DNA from: Nitrospinaceae bacterium
Lineage (GTDB): Bacteria > Nitrospinota > Nitrospinia > Nitrospinales > Nitrospinaceae
NCBI GenBank assembly: GCA_965223665.1
Contig: OZ245011.1
Coordinates: 1,984,001 to 2,048,000 of the forward strand
DNA length: 64,000 nucleotides
Reading direction: 5' to 3'
The notes beneath the pieces were generated by a model. It ran no database searches, had not been told where the DNA came from, and saw only the letters and a program-made list of their open reading frames with translations. Position 1 is the first letter of the stretch. Every line of letters starts with the position of its first letter. Below are positions 28,474 through 37,685 of this stretch, one piece after another. A program made the position numbers and the translations under genes.

Positions 28474-29832
28474 TTATTTTAGTTCAAACTTGAACGGAAG
28501 TTCAAGCACCAAGTATTCCTGCCCAATTTCCGCCGGAAGACTCGTAAACGGGGCAGCCTCCCTTACAGCATTCAGTCCCGCCTCGTTTAATTCTTTAAAA
28601 GGAGTTTTTGCGACCAATATAAGATCTTTAATTTCCCCTGATTTTAAAACCGTGAATCGGACCGTCAACCGACCCTGTTTGCCTTGACGTTTTGCCCTTC
28701 TGGGATATTTTTTCCTGGCCGCAATTTTACTCTGAATCCCGTGACTGTAACTCTGCAACACTCTTGGGTCCACAATCGTAGGTACGGGCCTGGGTTCCAC
28801 CTTCGAGAAAGCGAAGGGTTCAGCACCCGAAGAATACGATGCGGTCTTTACGGTTCCCTTGATGAAATTCGATTTCACATTTTCCGGTTTTCTAGGACTG
28901 GAATGGGGAAACGACATTCTAAAGGATGCCGTTTCTTTCAAAAGATTTCCTTTATTAGAGGTCCCTTTTGGGGAGCCCTTATCAGATTGGAGCGCCTTCG
29001 GTTGAAACGATGCCGTACGCACTCTTTTCGCACGGTCACTGATCAATTGTCCTCTATGATTCACCGAGCTTTTTTGGGAACTCTTATCGGATTGGATTGC
29101 TTTTGGCTGCAAGGATGCGGTATTGATCCTTTTCGCACGGCCGTTGATTAATTGTCCTTCTTTTTTAAACGAATTTTTTGGGGAACCTTTATGAGATTCG
29201 ATTGCTTTTGGCTGAAACGATGCTGCACTTATCCTTTTAGCGCGGCCACTGATTAACCCTCCTCCTTTAGTAGCGGTTAAAAACGAGACTGACTGTTTGG
29301 TCTGTTGAAGAACTCTTCTTTTTGGTGCTGGTTGGGTCAACCGGCTCGCCCGGTTGTCAATCACTGTCGCCTTTGATGAGGAGATACTATTGGTTATTTG
29401 AACTTGTGGATCGCTTCTTGGGACAATGGAATCAGCGTGCGATGGTCGTGTAGAAACCGAAGTTTTTGCAAGAAGTTGTCTCGTTGGAACCGAGGGAGTT
29501 TGGACGGCATTTTGCTCCATCTTCTGGACTACAGGAGTCACAGGTTTCACGGGAGTAACCTCAAGAATACCCGTTGGTTTTTGGATTTGGGGCAGATTCT
29601 CCTGTTTCATTGGACTGGGGGTTTGAATTGGTGGCTTTGAAACTTCCTTTATAGAATTCTTCTCAGGCAAAGGAGTTTTTTTGACAATCTCCAATTTGAC
29701 GATCTTCTTTGGCGGATAAACAGGTCTGTCCTGAGACAAAAATAAATATCCTACAAAAACGACAAAGACAAAATGAGCACTAATGGAACCCAGAGCAGAA
29801 TAAACTGTTGTAGTTGTGTAGGAAGAACTCAT
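28474..29832 (-). CDS. tonB: Energy transducer TonB-family protein
   Basis: N-terminal anchor SISAH, long Pro/Lys/Ser linker, C-terminal KKYPRRAKRQGKQGRLTVRFTV...AAPF. Confidence 0.88.
   Translation of the reverse strand: MSSSYTTTTVYSALGSISAHFVFVVFVGYLFLSQDRPVYPPKKIVKLEIVKKTPLPEKNSIKEVSKPPIQTPSPMKQENLPQIQKPTGILEVTPVKPVTPVVQKMEQNAVQTPSVPTRQLLAKTSVSTRPSHADSIVPRSDPQVQITNSISSSKATVIDNRASRLTQPAPKRRVLQQTKQSVSFLTATKGGGLISGRAKRISAASFQPKAIESHKGSPKNSFKKEGQLINGRAKRINTASLQPKAIQSDKSSQKSSVNHRGQLISDRAKRVRTASFQPKALQSDKGSPKGTSNKGNLLKETASFRMSFPHSSPRKPENVKSNFIKGTVKTASYSSGAEPFAFSKVEPRPVPTIVDPRVLQSYSHGIQSKIAARKKYPRRAKRQGKQGRLTVRFTVLKSGEIKDLILVAKTPFKELNEAGLNAVREAAPFTSLPAEIGQEYLVLELPFKFELK
28950..29262 (-). repeat. 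Three ~105-bp (35-aa) coding tandem repeats in the TonB linker
   Basis: GxLIxxRAKRxxxASxQPKAxxSxKxSxK repeated three times. Confidence 0.85.
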
Positions 29833-29844
29833 TGGAAAATTTAT

Positions 29845-30279
29845 TTAGTTTGCGGGAGTTTTTGCGGTCTCTGTTGCCAGTACAAAATCTTCTGCACCCG
29901 CTTGTCTGGCCACCTCGATGACGTCACCGAAAAGCTCAAACGCAATATTTTTATCGGCCTCAATTTCAATGATTTTTTTCTCTCGATCGCCAAGCGCGGA
30001 TTGCAATACTGAACTCAACGCCTCCAGCGTATAAGGTTTTCCCTCATATTCTACCTGGCCCTTTGGCAGGATCGAAACAGTGAGATTACGTTCTTGTTTT
30101 GGCATTCCAGATTCCGCTTCCGGCAGTTCCACCTTATTCAACTGCGTGAAACTGGTCGAGGTTAGCATGAAGAATATTAATAAAAGAAACACAATATTGA
30201 TCATTGGAATTAAATCAAGCTGTAGAGGCGCCCGTTTTACGACGGGGACTATTAAGTTTTGTTTTTCTCTATTTAACAA
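29845..30279 (-). CDS. exbD: Biopolymer transport protein ExbD/TolR (copy 2)
   Basis: DLIPMINIVFLLLIFFML and EADK motifs; TTG start at 30279 is inferred. Confidence 0.85.
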   Translation of the reverse strand: MLNREKQNLIVPVVKRAPLQLDLIPMINIVFLLLIFFMLTSTSFTQLNKVELPEAESGMPKQERNLTVSILPKGQVEYEGKPYTLEALSSVLQSALGDREKKIIEIEADKNIAFELFGDVIEVARQAGAEDFVLATETAKTPAN

Positions 30280-30655
30280 TGGAAAATCCTTCAGCACCCG
30301 CCAAACGAGACTTGTCGAGAACTTTGGTGAATATTTCGTAACGGGCTTTCTGGTTAGCCTCGATAACAACCGTTTTGTTAATTCGCCCGCTTAATTTTTT
30401 CTGGATCTCTTCTTGAAGCTTTTCAATAGCAATCGTTTCATTATTAATCATTATCTTTTGATCATTGCCGATTTTTATAATCAGGCTTTCTTCTTTTTGT
30501 GCTCCACCTGATGAACCCTTCGGAAGACTAATATCAATCCCTTGGCCCTGGATAGCGAATGTCAGCATGAAAAAAATCAACAGCAGAAAAACAACATCAA
30601 TCAAAGGGGCCATATCCAACCGGGAGAGTTTCCTGCGAGGTTTTATCAGTATCAT
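30269..30655 (-). CDS. exbD: Biopolymer transport protein ExbD/TolR (copy 1)
   Basis: DMAPLIDVVFLLLIFFML motif; ATG at 30655. Confidence 0.9.
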   Translation of the reverse strand: MILIKPRRKLSRLDMAPLIDVVFLLLIFFMLTFAIQGQGIDISLPKGSSGGAQKEESLIIKIGNDQKIMINNETIAIEKLQEEIQKKLSGRINKTVVIEANQKARYEIFTKVLDKSRLAGAEGFSIVK

Positions 30656-30668
30656 CTGAATTGCTTCG

Positions 30669-31370
30669 TTAATTAGGATTAATGTAATCCGATTTTCCAA
30701 TCACTTCTTTAGATTGACTCTCTTTCTGATGTTGTTGCTCATCATCAAAGTGGTGAATCAGCAGTTGACCCAATTTAGTCATTTGAAACGACTTTTGTTC
30801 GATCTTTTTGTCGAAATAATGCAGCATAATGGTAACAGGAATAGCAACCGTTAACCCGGCGGCCGTGGTCAACAAGGCCTCCCAGATTCCACCGGCCAAA
30901 ATGCTTGGGTCCACCTGCCCTTTATATTCCGCAACGCGATTGAAGGCCTGGACCATTCCAACAACTGTTCCCAACAGTCCCATCAAAGGAGAAATAATAG
31001 CGATGACTTCCAGCGCTCTAATATTTTTATTTAAATGGTTAACTTCTTCCTGAGCGGTGACTGAAAGTATTTCGGAAAGTTTCCATGCAGATGCGGTTTT
31101 GTTGTGAACCCCTGCCTCCATGACCCGGCCCAAAGGTCCAGGTGAGTTTTTACAAAACTCCAGGACCTTGGAAGACTTTTCATCCTCTAAAAACTTTTTT
31201 AATCCATTAAAAAATTTATCCGGATCTTCCTGGCATTTTTTAAAATAAAGAAGACGTTCAATGATGATAGTTAACGCGATAACAGAACAAAGGACTATAG
31301 GAACCATTACGAACCCACCTTTGGTCAGCAAACTAAATGAAGATTCAACTACATCAAACATAAACGCCAT
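30669..31370 (-). CDS. exbB: MotA/TolQ/ExbB proton channel
   Basis: SPLMGLLGTVVGM and GIWEALLTTAAGLTVAIP motifs. Confidence 0.93.
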   Translation of the reverse strand: MAFMFDVVESSFSLLTKGGFVMVPIVLCSVIALTIIIERLLYFKKCQEDPDKFFNGLKKFLEDEKSSKVLEFCKNSPGPLGRVMEAGVHNKTASAWKLSEILSVTAQEEVNHLNKNIRALEVIAIISPLMGLLGTVVGMVQAFNRVAEYKGQVDPSILAGGIWEALLTTAAGLTVAIPVTIMLHYFDKKIEQKSFQMTKLGQLLIHHFDDEQQHQKESQSKEVIGKSDYINPN

Positions 31371-31690
31371 CCCTTAAAAAACTTAATTATTATTCTTCCC
31401 TCAGGCAACATTAAAATGTTGCCCAAAGGTGAAAATTTTAAAGAAAACACCTTTCCCGGGGATTACCCGGGAAACGGATACAATGTAAATTTACGAAAAT
31501 TATAACTTATTGATACCAATATTAAAAGCCACCCATTTGATGGTCATTGGCACCCTTTAAAGGGCGATTTTTAAATGAATTTCCCTCCATTTCCCCTCAT
31601 TCTAAAAAATATCCCACACTCCGAGGAGATGTATAGATGGTACCAAAGCCTCCAATATTAGACCAATTGCCATCAACTCCCATTGAGGAA

Positions 31691-33736
31691 TTAATAACTG
31701 ATCCGAACTCCGACTTCTCCCCCAATTCCGGGTTCCGGAGAAAAATTCCTTAAAAAAGAAGTCGCATTTCGAATGTTTGAATCCAATAAGTTATTTCCTC
31801 TTGCATAAACCAGAATATTCATTCCATGAAAATTCTTTACCTGATACTGCGTAGTGATCGTTAAAAGAAAATATCCAGGTGTTCTGGCTTCATTCAGTCC
31901 CGAATACTTCTGGCGTTCCGCTCGAGTCAAACGAAAATTAGAGCTCCAGTTTCCCAGAACATGGTCCACTTGAAATCCCCATCGCAATGGAGGAGTTTGA
32001 GGAATATCCGTACCATTTCTCAACTTGGAGCGTGTGAAATCACTGAACAAAGTTAAATCGACTACACCAAAACTGTTTTGAAGAACCGCGAAAATAAGAT
32101 TCGCTTCATAACCAAAAATTCTGGCGTTACCCTGTTGTTGAATTGCCTCGGGGTCTCCAAGAACCAAAGCTCCTGTACGTTGTAGAAAAATGTAGTCCTT
32201 CACCCAGTTATAAAATAAATCCAATTGGAAAGTTACCAGGTCGGAAATGAATTTGTAACCAAAATCGAGGTTATTGGATGATTCCTTGCGTAAATTGGGG
32301 TTACCCCTTTCAAATACACGTGTGGACTCATGAAACCCTTCGAAAAACAACTCCTGCACTTGCGGCGCCCTTTCTGAATGGGTGAAGGCCAGGCTCACGG
32401 TATTTTGGGCATTGATAGTCCATACTTCTGAAATCGAGGCACTAAAAGGAGTGTAAGTTTTATCTGGATTCATTGAGTCTCTTGGGTTTAACGTAGCATG
32501 CTCTATTCGAAATCCAAATGCAGTCACAAAATTACCATTAACATATTCTTCCTGGGCAAAAAAGCTATAGATATTGGTTCGAGTCACAGGAACAAGAAAT
32601 TCATTATCTTCAATTTCGAGCGCAGAAAACTTACTTGAAATTACCTGGAATCCAAAAACACCATTGAAACCTCCAAAAGGTTTGTGCGGTGCTTCCAGTC
32701 GACCTTCAAAGGTATCGTTTTTAAATAATGCTTCGTCGCCTTCTGCGTGCTGATAGTCGGTGTAGCTCAGACGAGTCCGAATGGCTTCAAGAAAACAGAG
32801 AGGATTTTTATATTCTCCTTTCATATCATATTTGGTTTGCTCCAAAAGGATACGGATCATTTCGGCACCCGCAGTACCTTCCGGTGGAACTCCGTATACA
32901 TTCTCAAGAACATTTGCAGAGAACCCTATAAACCCGCTGTCTCCAACAAAAGAAGCACCCGCCGTACCGCCTTTTGTCCTGGAATTGCTGTTATCTAAAA
33001 AGCCATTTGTATTTTGAACCACGGCCAGGCCCGGTTGGCTGACCTGAGCTCTGGGAACATCAATGGCAAAGCCACCTATATCCACATTGTCATTTTCTCG
33101 ATAAAATCCATCCAAATGATAAGCAAACTTACCAAAGCCACCATCTAATTGGAGTGTGGTAGAGGTTTCATCAGAAACCGAATTATATTTTTGCTCAAAG
33201 GCGCCACCAATCAATTTATCCGGAACAAACATGGGGATCCGGTTGTCGATCACATTAACTACACCACCAATGGCTCCACTACCGTAAAGCAAAGTTGCCG
33301 GCCCACGAAGAATTTCAATCCTCTGAGCAAGTAGAGGCACGGACCCGGACGCATGGTCGGGACTGGCCTGGGAAGCATCGTTGACTCCTAAACCATTCGA
33401 TAAAACTCGAACCCGTGGACCACTCTGTCCCCGGATGACGGGTAAGCCCACACCGGGGCCGAATGATTGTCCGTGAACTCCCAGTTCCTGCTTTAAGGTT
33501 TCACCGATGGTGCCGCTTGACTTTAAGCGCAATTCTTCATCGTGCAAAACGGTAACCGGCTTTGCGGAACTGGCCATACTTTTTTGCATCGGGTCAGACA
33601 CCACAACTTCTTTAAGATGGACCGGAAGATGTTTCTTAGGACCTTGGGATGCTTTGGTTTTTTCATCAGCAAAAGCTGAAGAAGAAAAAAGAACGAGACA
33701 GACAAAGAACACGAGAATATATAAAAACCGATTCAT
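31691..33736 (-). CDS. TonB-dependent receptor, ZnuD-like (probable zinc uptake)
   Basis: Signal peptide; plug SFGPG..PVIRGQSGPRV..DASQASPDHA; IEILRGPATLLYGSGAIGGVVN; GFHESTRVFERGNPNL; C-terminal aromatic residue. Confidence 0.9.
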   Translation of the reverse strand: MNRFLYILVFFVCLVLFSSSAFADEKTKASQGPKKHLPVHLKEVVVSDPMQKSMASSAKPVTVLHDEELRLKSSGTIGETLKQELGVHGQSFGPGVGLPVIRGQSGPRVRVLSNGLGVNDASQASPDHASGSVPLLAQRIEILRGPATLLYGSGAIGGVVNVIDNRIPMFVPDKLIGGAFEQKYNSVSDETSTTLQLDGGFGKFAYHLDGFYRENDNVDIGGFAIDVPRAQVSQPGLAVVQNTNGFLDNSNSRTKGGTAGASFVGDSGFIGFSANVLENVYGVPPEGTAGAEMIRILLEQTKYDMKGEYKNPLCFLEAIRTRLSYTDYQHAEGDEALFKNDTFEGRLEAPHKPFGGFNGVFGFQVISSKFSALEIEDNEFLVPVTRTNIYSFFAQEEYVNGNFVTAFGFRIEHATLNPRDSMNPDKTYTPFSASISEVWTINAQNTVSLAFTHSERAPQVQELFFEGFHESTRVFERGNPNLRKESSNNLDFGYKFISDLVTFQLDLFYNWVKDYIFLQRTGALVLGDPEAIQQQGNARIFGYEANLIFAVLQNSFGVVDLTLFSDFTRSKLRNGTDIPQTPPLRWGFQVDHVLGNWSSNFRLTRAERQKYSGLNEARTPGYFLLTITTQYQVKNFHGMNILVYARGNNLLDSNIRNATSFLRNFSPEPGIGGEVGVRISY

Positions 33737-33835
33737 GATTCACTCCGTTGACAGTATCCTCTTTAAATGAACAACACCCCATTGCCTCCTTAACAAAGGG
33801 ATTGCCCAAAAAGGGATAGAAAAAATAATTAATTT

Positions 33836-34156
33836 TTAAACTAAGGTGTCAACAGAATGCGGGGGCGCTCGACTAAATGCAGGAACAGACTCGGTAGTAT
33901 ATAAAACAGCGTCGGCGAGACTAATCCTGTCAGAGACTTGAGTGAATGGAGCAAGATCGGAAATATTCGCTTCAAAGTTGATACTGGATTCGAAAAAGTG
34001 AAAAGGCGCACAATCCGGGTCCAGTTGTAAATGCCCGGGATCGTGATGGTGCAGGGGTGCCCCAAACAGCATAACCAGGCTGAAACAGAACGCAATCAAC
34101 CAGGTGGTTCCCTTGGATTGCTTTGTGTGTAATTTTCTCAATTGAAAGATGTCCAC
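33836..34156 (-). CDS. DUF2946-like upstream ORF with a C-terminal RAPP motif
   Basis: Hydrophobic segment, LHHHDPGH..DCAPFH, ends FSRAPPHSVDTLV; 99 bp upstream of the receptor gene. Confidence 0.75.
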   Translation of the reverse strand: MDIFQLRKLHTKQSKGTTWLIAFCFSLVMLFGAPLHHHDPGHLQLDPDCAPFHFFESSINFEANISDLAPFTQVSDRISLADAVLYTTESVPAFSRAPPHSVDTLV

Positions 34157-34482
34157 AATATCCCGAAATTATTGCTTAAAAAAGATTTTATTATCATAAA
34201 AGACCAGGGAATTCAATACATTTCAAATCATACTGTTTCTCCTACCCAATCACTAACAGGAACCCCAAAACGGACCCGATTCCACTTTATAACTATTGGG
34301 AAAAATCCCCCAGCCTGATGATGAAAAATTTGAAACTCAGTAATGGAAATGGAAACGACAGATCAGTATGAACCCAAGAGTTCCGGGGATGGAAGTATTG
34401 TCGCCTGGTTGGAGGAGGCTACAAAGTTATGTTTATGATATTCCGTCCCCGGACCCTCGAACTTGAGCAGAGTTCACATTTT

Positions 34483-34626
34483 TTACAAACAATTCGCAAC
34501 TTCCAATGTTTTTGCAATGGAGCCTCAAAATTAAGTTTGTAAAATTTGGGTTAATATTAGCACAGTTAAATTTATTTGCAAACTATTTGCAAATAATCTG
34601 CGATTAATTTTAAGAACTTTTTGCAA
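34483..34626. promoter_or_regulatory. Candidate operator cluster in the divergent receptor/fur2 promoter
   Basis: TTACAA-N5-TCGCAA (34483), TTCCAA-N5-TTGCAA (34501), TTGCAA-N5-TTGCAA-N5-CTGCGA (34576-34603) and TTGCAA (34621). Confidence 0.65.
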
Positions 34627-34734
34627 TATGTGGATTATGTTAAAATTCTTAATGAAAAGAGAAAACACATAATAATTGAATAATAAAAGCAATCATTCTA
34701 GTGGAAAACCGTAAATTTAAAGTTATAAATCTAT

Positions 34735-35190
34735 ATGGAATCTAATAGCCAGGCATTGGCGGAACAATTTCTTCGCCAAAATCAATTAAGCGTTACCAAA
34801 CCCAGAAAAATGATCTTGATGTATTTACTGGACGGTCACGGTCCTTTTACCATTGAAGAAATACATAAAGGTTTGGGAAAAAATGTTTGTGATTTAGCAA
34901 CGGTCTATCGCTGCCTCGGACAATTTGAAAAAGAAGGTTTGGTGGAACGTCGGTACTTAGGCGATGAAATTTTTCGGTATGAAATTAAGGATGAGTCCCA
35001 CCACCATCACCATATCGTCTGTAAAAATTGCAAGGGCGTATCTGAAATGAATTATTGCTTTATTTCTGAAATAGAGAAGATGATTCAAGACAAGGGATAT
35101 TCCGATGTGACTCATATGTTGGAGTTTTTCGGTATTTGTCCCGACTGCAAGCCCACTAAAAAAGCAAGGACCAAAAAGAGGAAATCGTGA
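34735..35190 (+). CDS. Fur-family regulator, probably Zur-like (copy 2)
   Basis: CDLATVYRC, HHHHHIVCKNC and CPDC; collinear paralog of 17280-17729. Confidence 0.9.
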   Translation: MESNSQALAEQFLRQNQLSVTKPRKMILMYLLDGHGPFTIEEIHKGLGKNVCDLATVYRCLGQFEKEGLVERRYLGDEIFRYEIKDESHHHHHIVCKNCKGVSEMNYCFISEIEKMIQDKGYSDVTHMLEFFGICPDCKPTKKARTKKRKS

Positions 35191-35813
35191 GCCAGTGTTC
35201 TTCAGGTTGCGGTAATGACTTAGATGGTTTTTCCACCAACCACCGCAAGGTGCTTTGGTTTGTATTTTATATAAATCTGGCGATGTTCCTGGTTGAGATG
35301 GCTTACGGATGGTTAGGCAACTCCCACGCATTGTGGGCGGATTCGCTGGATATGCTTGGCGATGCTCTCATCTTTGGAGCTTCGATTTTTGTATTGAACC
35401 GGGAAGAAAAACTGAAAGCCCGTGTCGCCCTTGGGAAAGGAATCCTGATGGGAACCTTGTCCCTGGTATTTTTATTTTCCGCACTGCTTCGATTTTTAGA
35501 ACCCTCGAATCCCGACCCGGAAATCATTGGAGTGGTGGGAGCCCTGGCACTGGCGGCCAACCTCATCTGTGTTCTATGCTTGTTTAAATTCAGAAACCAG
35601 GATTTGAATATGCGATCCACCTGGTTGTGCGCGCGGAATGATATTTTGGCCAACCTCGGAGTGATCCTTGCCGCAGGAGCCATTCACCTGTTTCATTCGT
35701 TCTGGCCCGATATTTTAATAGCAACTGTGATTTGTCTTTTTATCCTGAATTCCTCCATCGCTATTATCAAAGACGCATCCAAAGAACTGTCCAGCGAAAA
35801 GCAATTTATTTAA
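35187..35813 (+). CDS. Cation diffusion facilitator (no C-terminal domain), intact
   Basis: ADSLDMLGDA, STWLCARND and WPD motifs; N-terminal CxxxC. Confidence 0.9.
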   Translation: MSQCSSGCGNDLDGFSTNHRKVLWFVFYINLAMFLVEMAYGWLGNSHALWADSLDMLGDALIFGASIFVLNREEKLKARVALGKGILMGTLSLVFLFSALLRFLEPSNPDPEIIGVVGALALAANLICVLCLFKFRNQDLNMRSTWLCARNDILANLGVILAAGAIHLFHSFWPDILIATVICLFILNSSIAIIKDASKELSSEKQFI

Positions 35814-35894
35814 CCAAACCCCACCGTTTGTTTTTTTCAGTCACTTTCCTTAATACATTCTCTCATTATGTAAATGGATTTTTCAGCACCCAAA

Positions 35895-36110
35895 AAGCGC
35901 ACCTCATATCCATTCCAAAACTTCAACAAATCCCTTCCAACTGACACACGAAATAAAATCGCATACATTATCAACGGGCGGGAAGCGGGAAAACGTTTCA
36001 CCCAGCCTCACCAATATCGACTTCTAACCGTTTGCATTCGGTGGCTAATTAGACGATACTGATAGGAAGCTCATCCGCTTCCGTGCTCGGGACTACGATC
36101 CGGCAATTGT
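35895..36110 (+). pseudogene. Decayed Rhs-core remnant, direct-repeat copy 1
   Basis: accaatatcgacttctaaccgtttgcattc...gatactgataggaagctc...cgggactacgatccggc matches 13697-13790. Confidence 0.75.
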
Positions 36111-36156
36111 GATCGGTTATTATGATAGAAAAGTGAGCCAATGAAGAGGAGACAAC

Positions 36157-36498
36157 ATGTTTTACCTGCTATTTGCACTAACTTTATTATCGGGTTGTTC
36201 ATCTGCCATAAAGTGCGATCTTCCCTCCAGCGATACCCAGAAAGGTCCTCCCCCTGCTATTTCTGGACAGGTACTTAGTATTGCTGGCGAACTAAAAGAA
36301 ATAAAAGTGATATCCGGGAAGGCTACATACCCAGTTAGTCTTTCCAAAATTGAAAGAAACCATGTTTTTACTCAATTTGGGGGCATAATTCGTATGGACG
36401 AAATTCATAAAGGCGACTCTATTGAAGTTTGGTTAGAAAATTGTAGTCCACCCAAAGATAACTTAAACCAAGCTGTTGCAATTAGAGTACAAAAGTAA
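36157..36498 (+). CDS. Small lipoprotein (orphan immunity candidate)
   Basis: Lipobox LSGC; gaggag RBS; lies between two Rhs remnants. Confidence 0.7.
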   Translation: MFYLLFALTLLSGCSSAIKCDLPSSDTQKGPPPAISGQVLSIAGELKEIKVISGKATYPVSLSKIERNHVFTQFGGIIRMDEIHKGDSIEVWLENCSPPKDNLNQAVAIRVQK

Positions 36499-36526
36499 CG
36501 GTTTATTGTTGATAGGCAAATCAAAA

Positions 36527-36787
36527 TGCGCACCTCAGATGCACTCCCAAACTTCCACAAATCCCTTCCAACTGACACACAAAATAAAATCGCATACATT
36601 ATCGATGAGCGGGAAAACGTTTCACCCAGCCCCGTAAATATCGACTTCTAACTAATTGCATTTGTAGGCAAATTACACGATACTGATAGGAAGCTCATCC
36701 ATTTCGGCGCGATAGATTACGATCCTGCTATAGGACGGTGGACACAAAGATCCGATTGATTTTATAGGAGACAGCGTCAATCTTTAT
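36527..36787 (+). pseudogene. Decayed Rhs-core remnant, direct-repeat copy 2
   Basis: Near-repeat of 35895-36110, continuing into gattacgatcctgctataggacggtggac..aaagatccgatt (DYDPAIGRW..KDPI). Confidence 0.75.
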
Positions 36788-36859
36788 TAACGAATTAATT
36801 TATTGGTTTTTTAAACAAATTTTTATAATTATTTAATTGGTCTCAAAAATTTTAAATTC

Positions 36860-37276
36860 ATGAGTGATTTTTTATATTTGTCAATTCCAACAATACCGCA
36901 GCAGAATGAAAGCATTCACTCTTTTTTTAAATCTCCCATCATTTTGGAAGATGTCACTAAAACCTCAATTGGAAAAGCAATTTTGGGAGGCAAAATAAAT
37001 GGGGAAGCATATCTAGCGTTGGTAAATGGTTATTCTACCAATATAATGGATCATGGCCATTGGAGAGAAAATTGTTCGAAGGATTTTGTTGGAGGGTTAC
37101 TTTGTCTTTTAAGTCTCTATCCATGTGTATCAGTACTTGTGCACTGGAGCGGAGGCAGAATGAATGAATGGGTAAACATTAAAGAAAGCAAAAAGATTTC
37201 CTCTACAGAATTTTCCAATCTCTTTCCCAACATTGAAGAGCATGTCAAATATCAAATCCTCCCCAACGAACCTTAA
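36860..37276 (+). CDS. Hypothetical protein (orphan immunity candidate)
   Basis: 138-aa AT-rich ORF after an Rhs remnant. Confidence 0.6.
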   Translation: MSDFLYLSIPTIPQQNESIHSFFKSPIILEDVTKTSIGKAILGGKINGEAYLALVNGYSTNIMDHGHWRENCSKDFVGGLLCLLSLYPCVSVLVHWSGGRMNEWVNIKESKKISSTEFSNLFPNIEEHVKYQILPNEP

Positions 37277-37290
37277 TTTCCACCAGTGGG

Positions 37291-37386
37291 TTTACCAAAA
37301 CCACCGGCGGTACGCCAACGGAATTCAAGGTTGAAAACGAATCTCCCGAAACTCGCACCTCGACCACGTATATCCACGGGCAATGA
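37291..37386 (+). pseudogene. YD/Rhs fragment matching the start of the orphan module
   Basis: FTKTTGGTPTEFKVENESPETRTSTTYI versus FTRTTGGTPTEFKFVDTSPETRTSTSFI at 11861-11945. Confidence 0.8.
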
Positions 37387-37685
37387 GTTGACTTTTTATT
37401 TATTCTTTTTTCTTTTTATTAAAATCACAACGCCTATTACGATAACAAGAACCACTGCAATGGTTATGAATCCTTCCATCTTGGCTTGACGGTCCAAGGC
37501 GACACCAGTGTTATAGAAATCATTGACTGCAAAAACCAAAGGCTCCGATTATTGATAAGCTTTTTAATAAATAGACCAATATTTTATTCTTGTCAAAAGC
37601 GGAGAGGGTTAGTGAAATCGCCTCATTTTTTTGCCAACCCATTTTTTCTTTGGTATAAATTCTCGTTAATACCCGGAGAGACACC

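Noticed and set aside
31404-31474. Palindromes ggcaacatt-aa-aatgttgcc and tttcccggg-gatta-cccgggaaa upstream of exbB as Zur boxes
   Set aside because: Spacing does not fit the hexamer-N5-hexamer motif; they may be RNA hairpins but I cannot assign a function.
17270-35835. Target-site duplication at the ends of the zinc block (accccgcttt vs accccaccgttt)
   Set aside because: Too short and imperfect to distinguish from chance.
35895-36787. Two ~200-bp direct repeats flanking a lipoprotein, considered as IS ends, attC sites or CRISPR repeats
   Set aside because: They translate to decayed Rhs-core sequence matching the 11789-14359 module; wrong size and number for CRISPR and no transposase.
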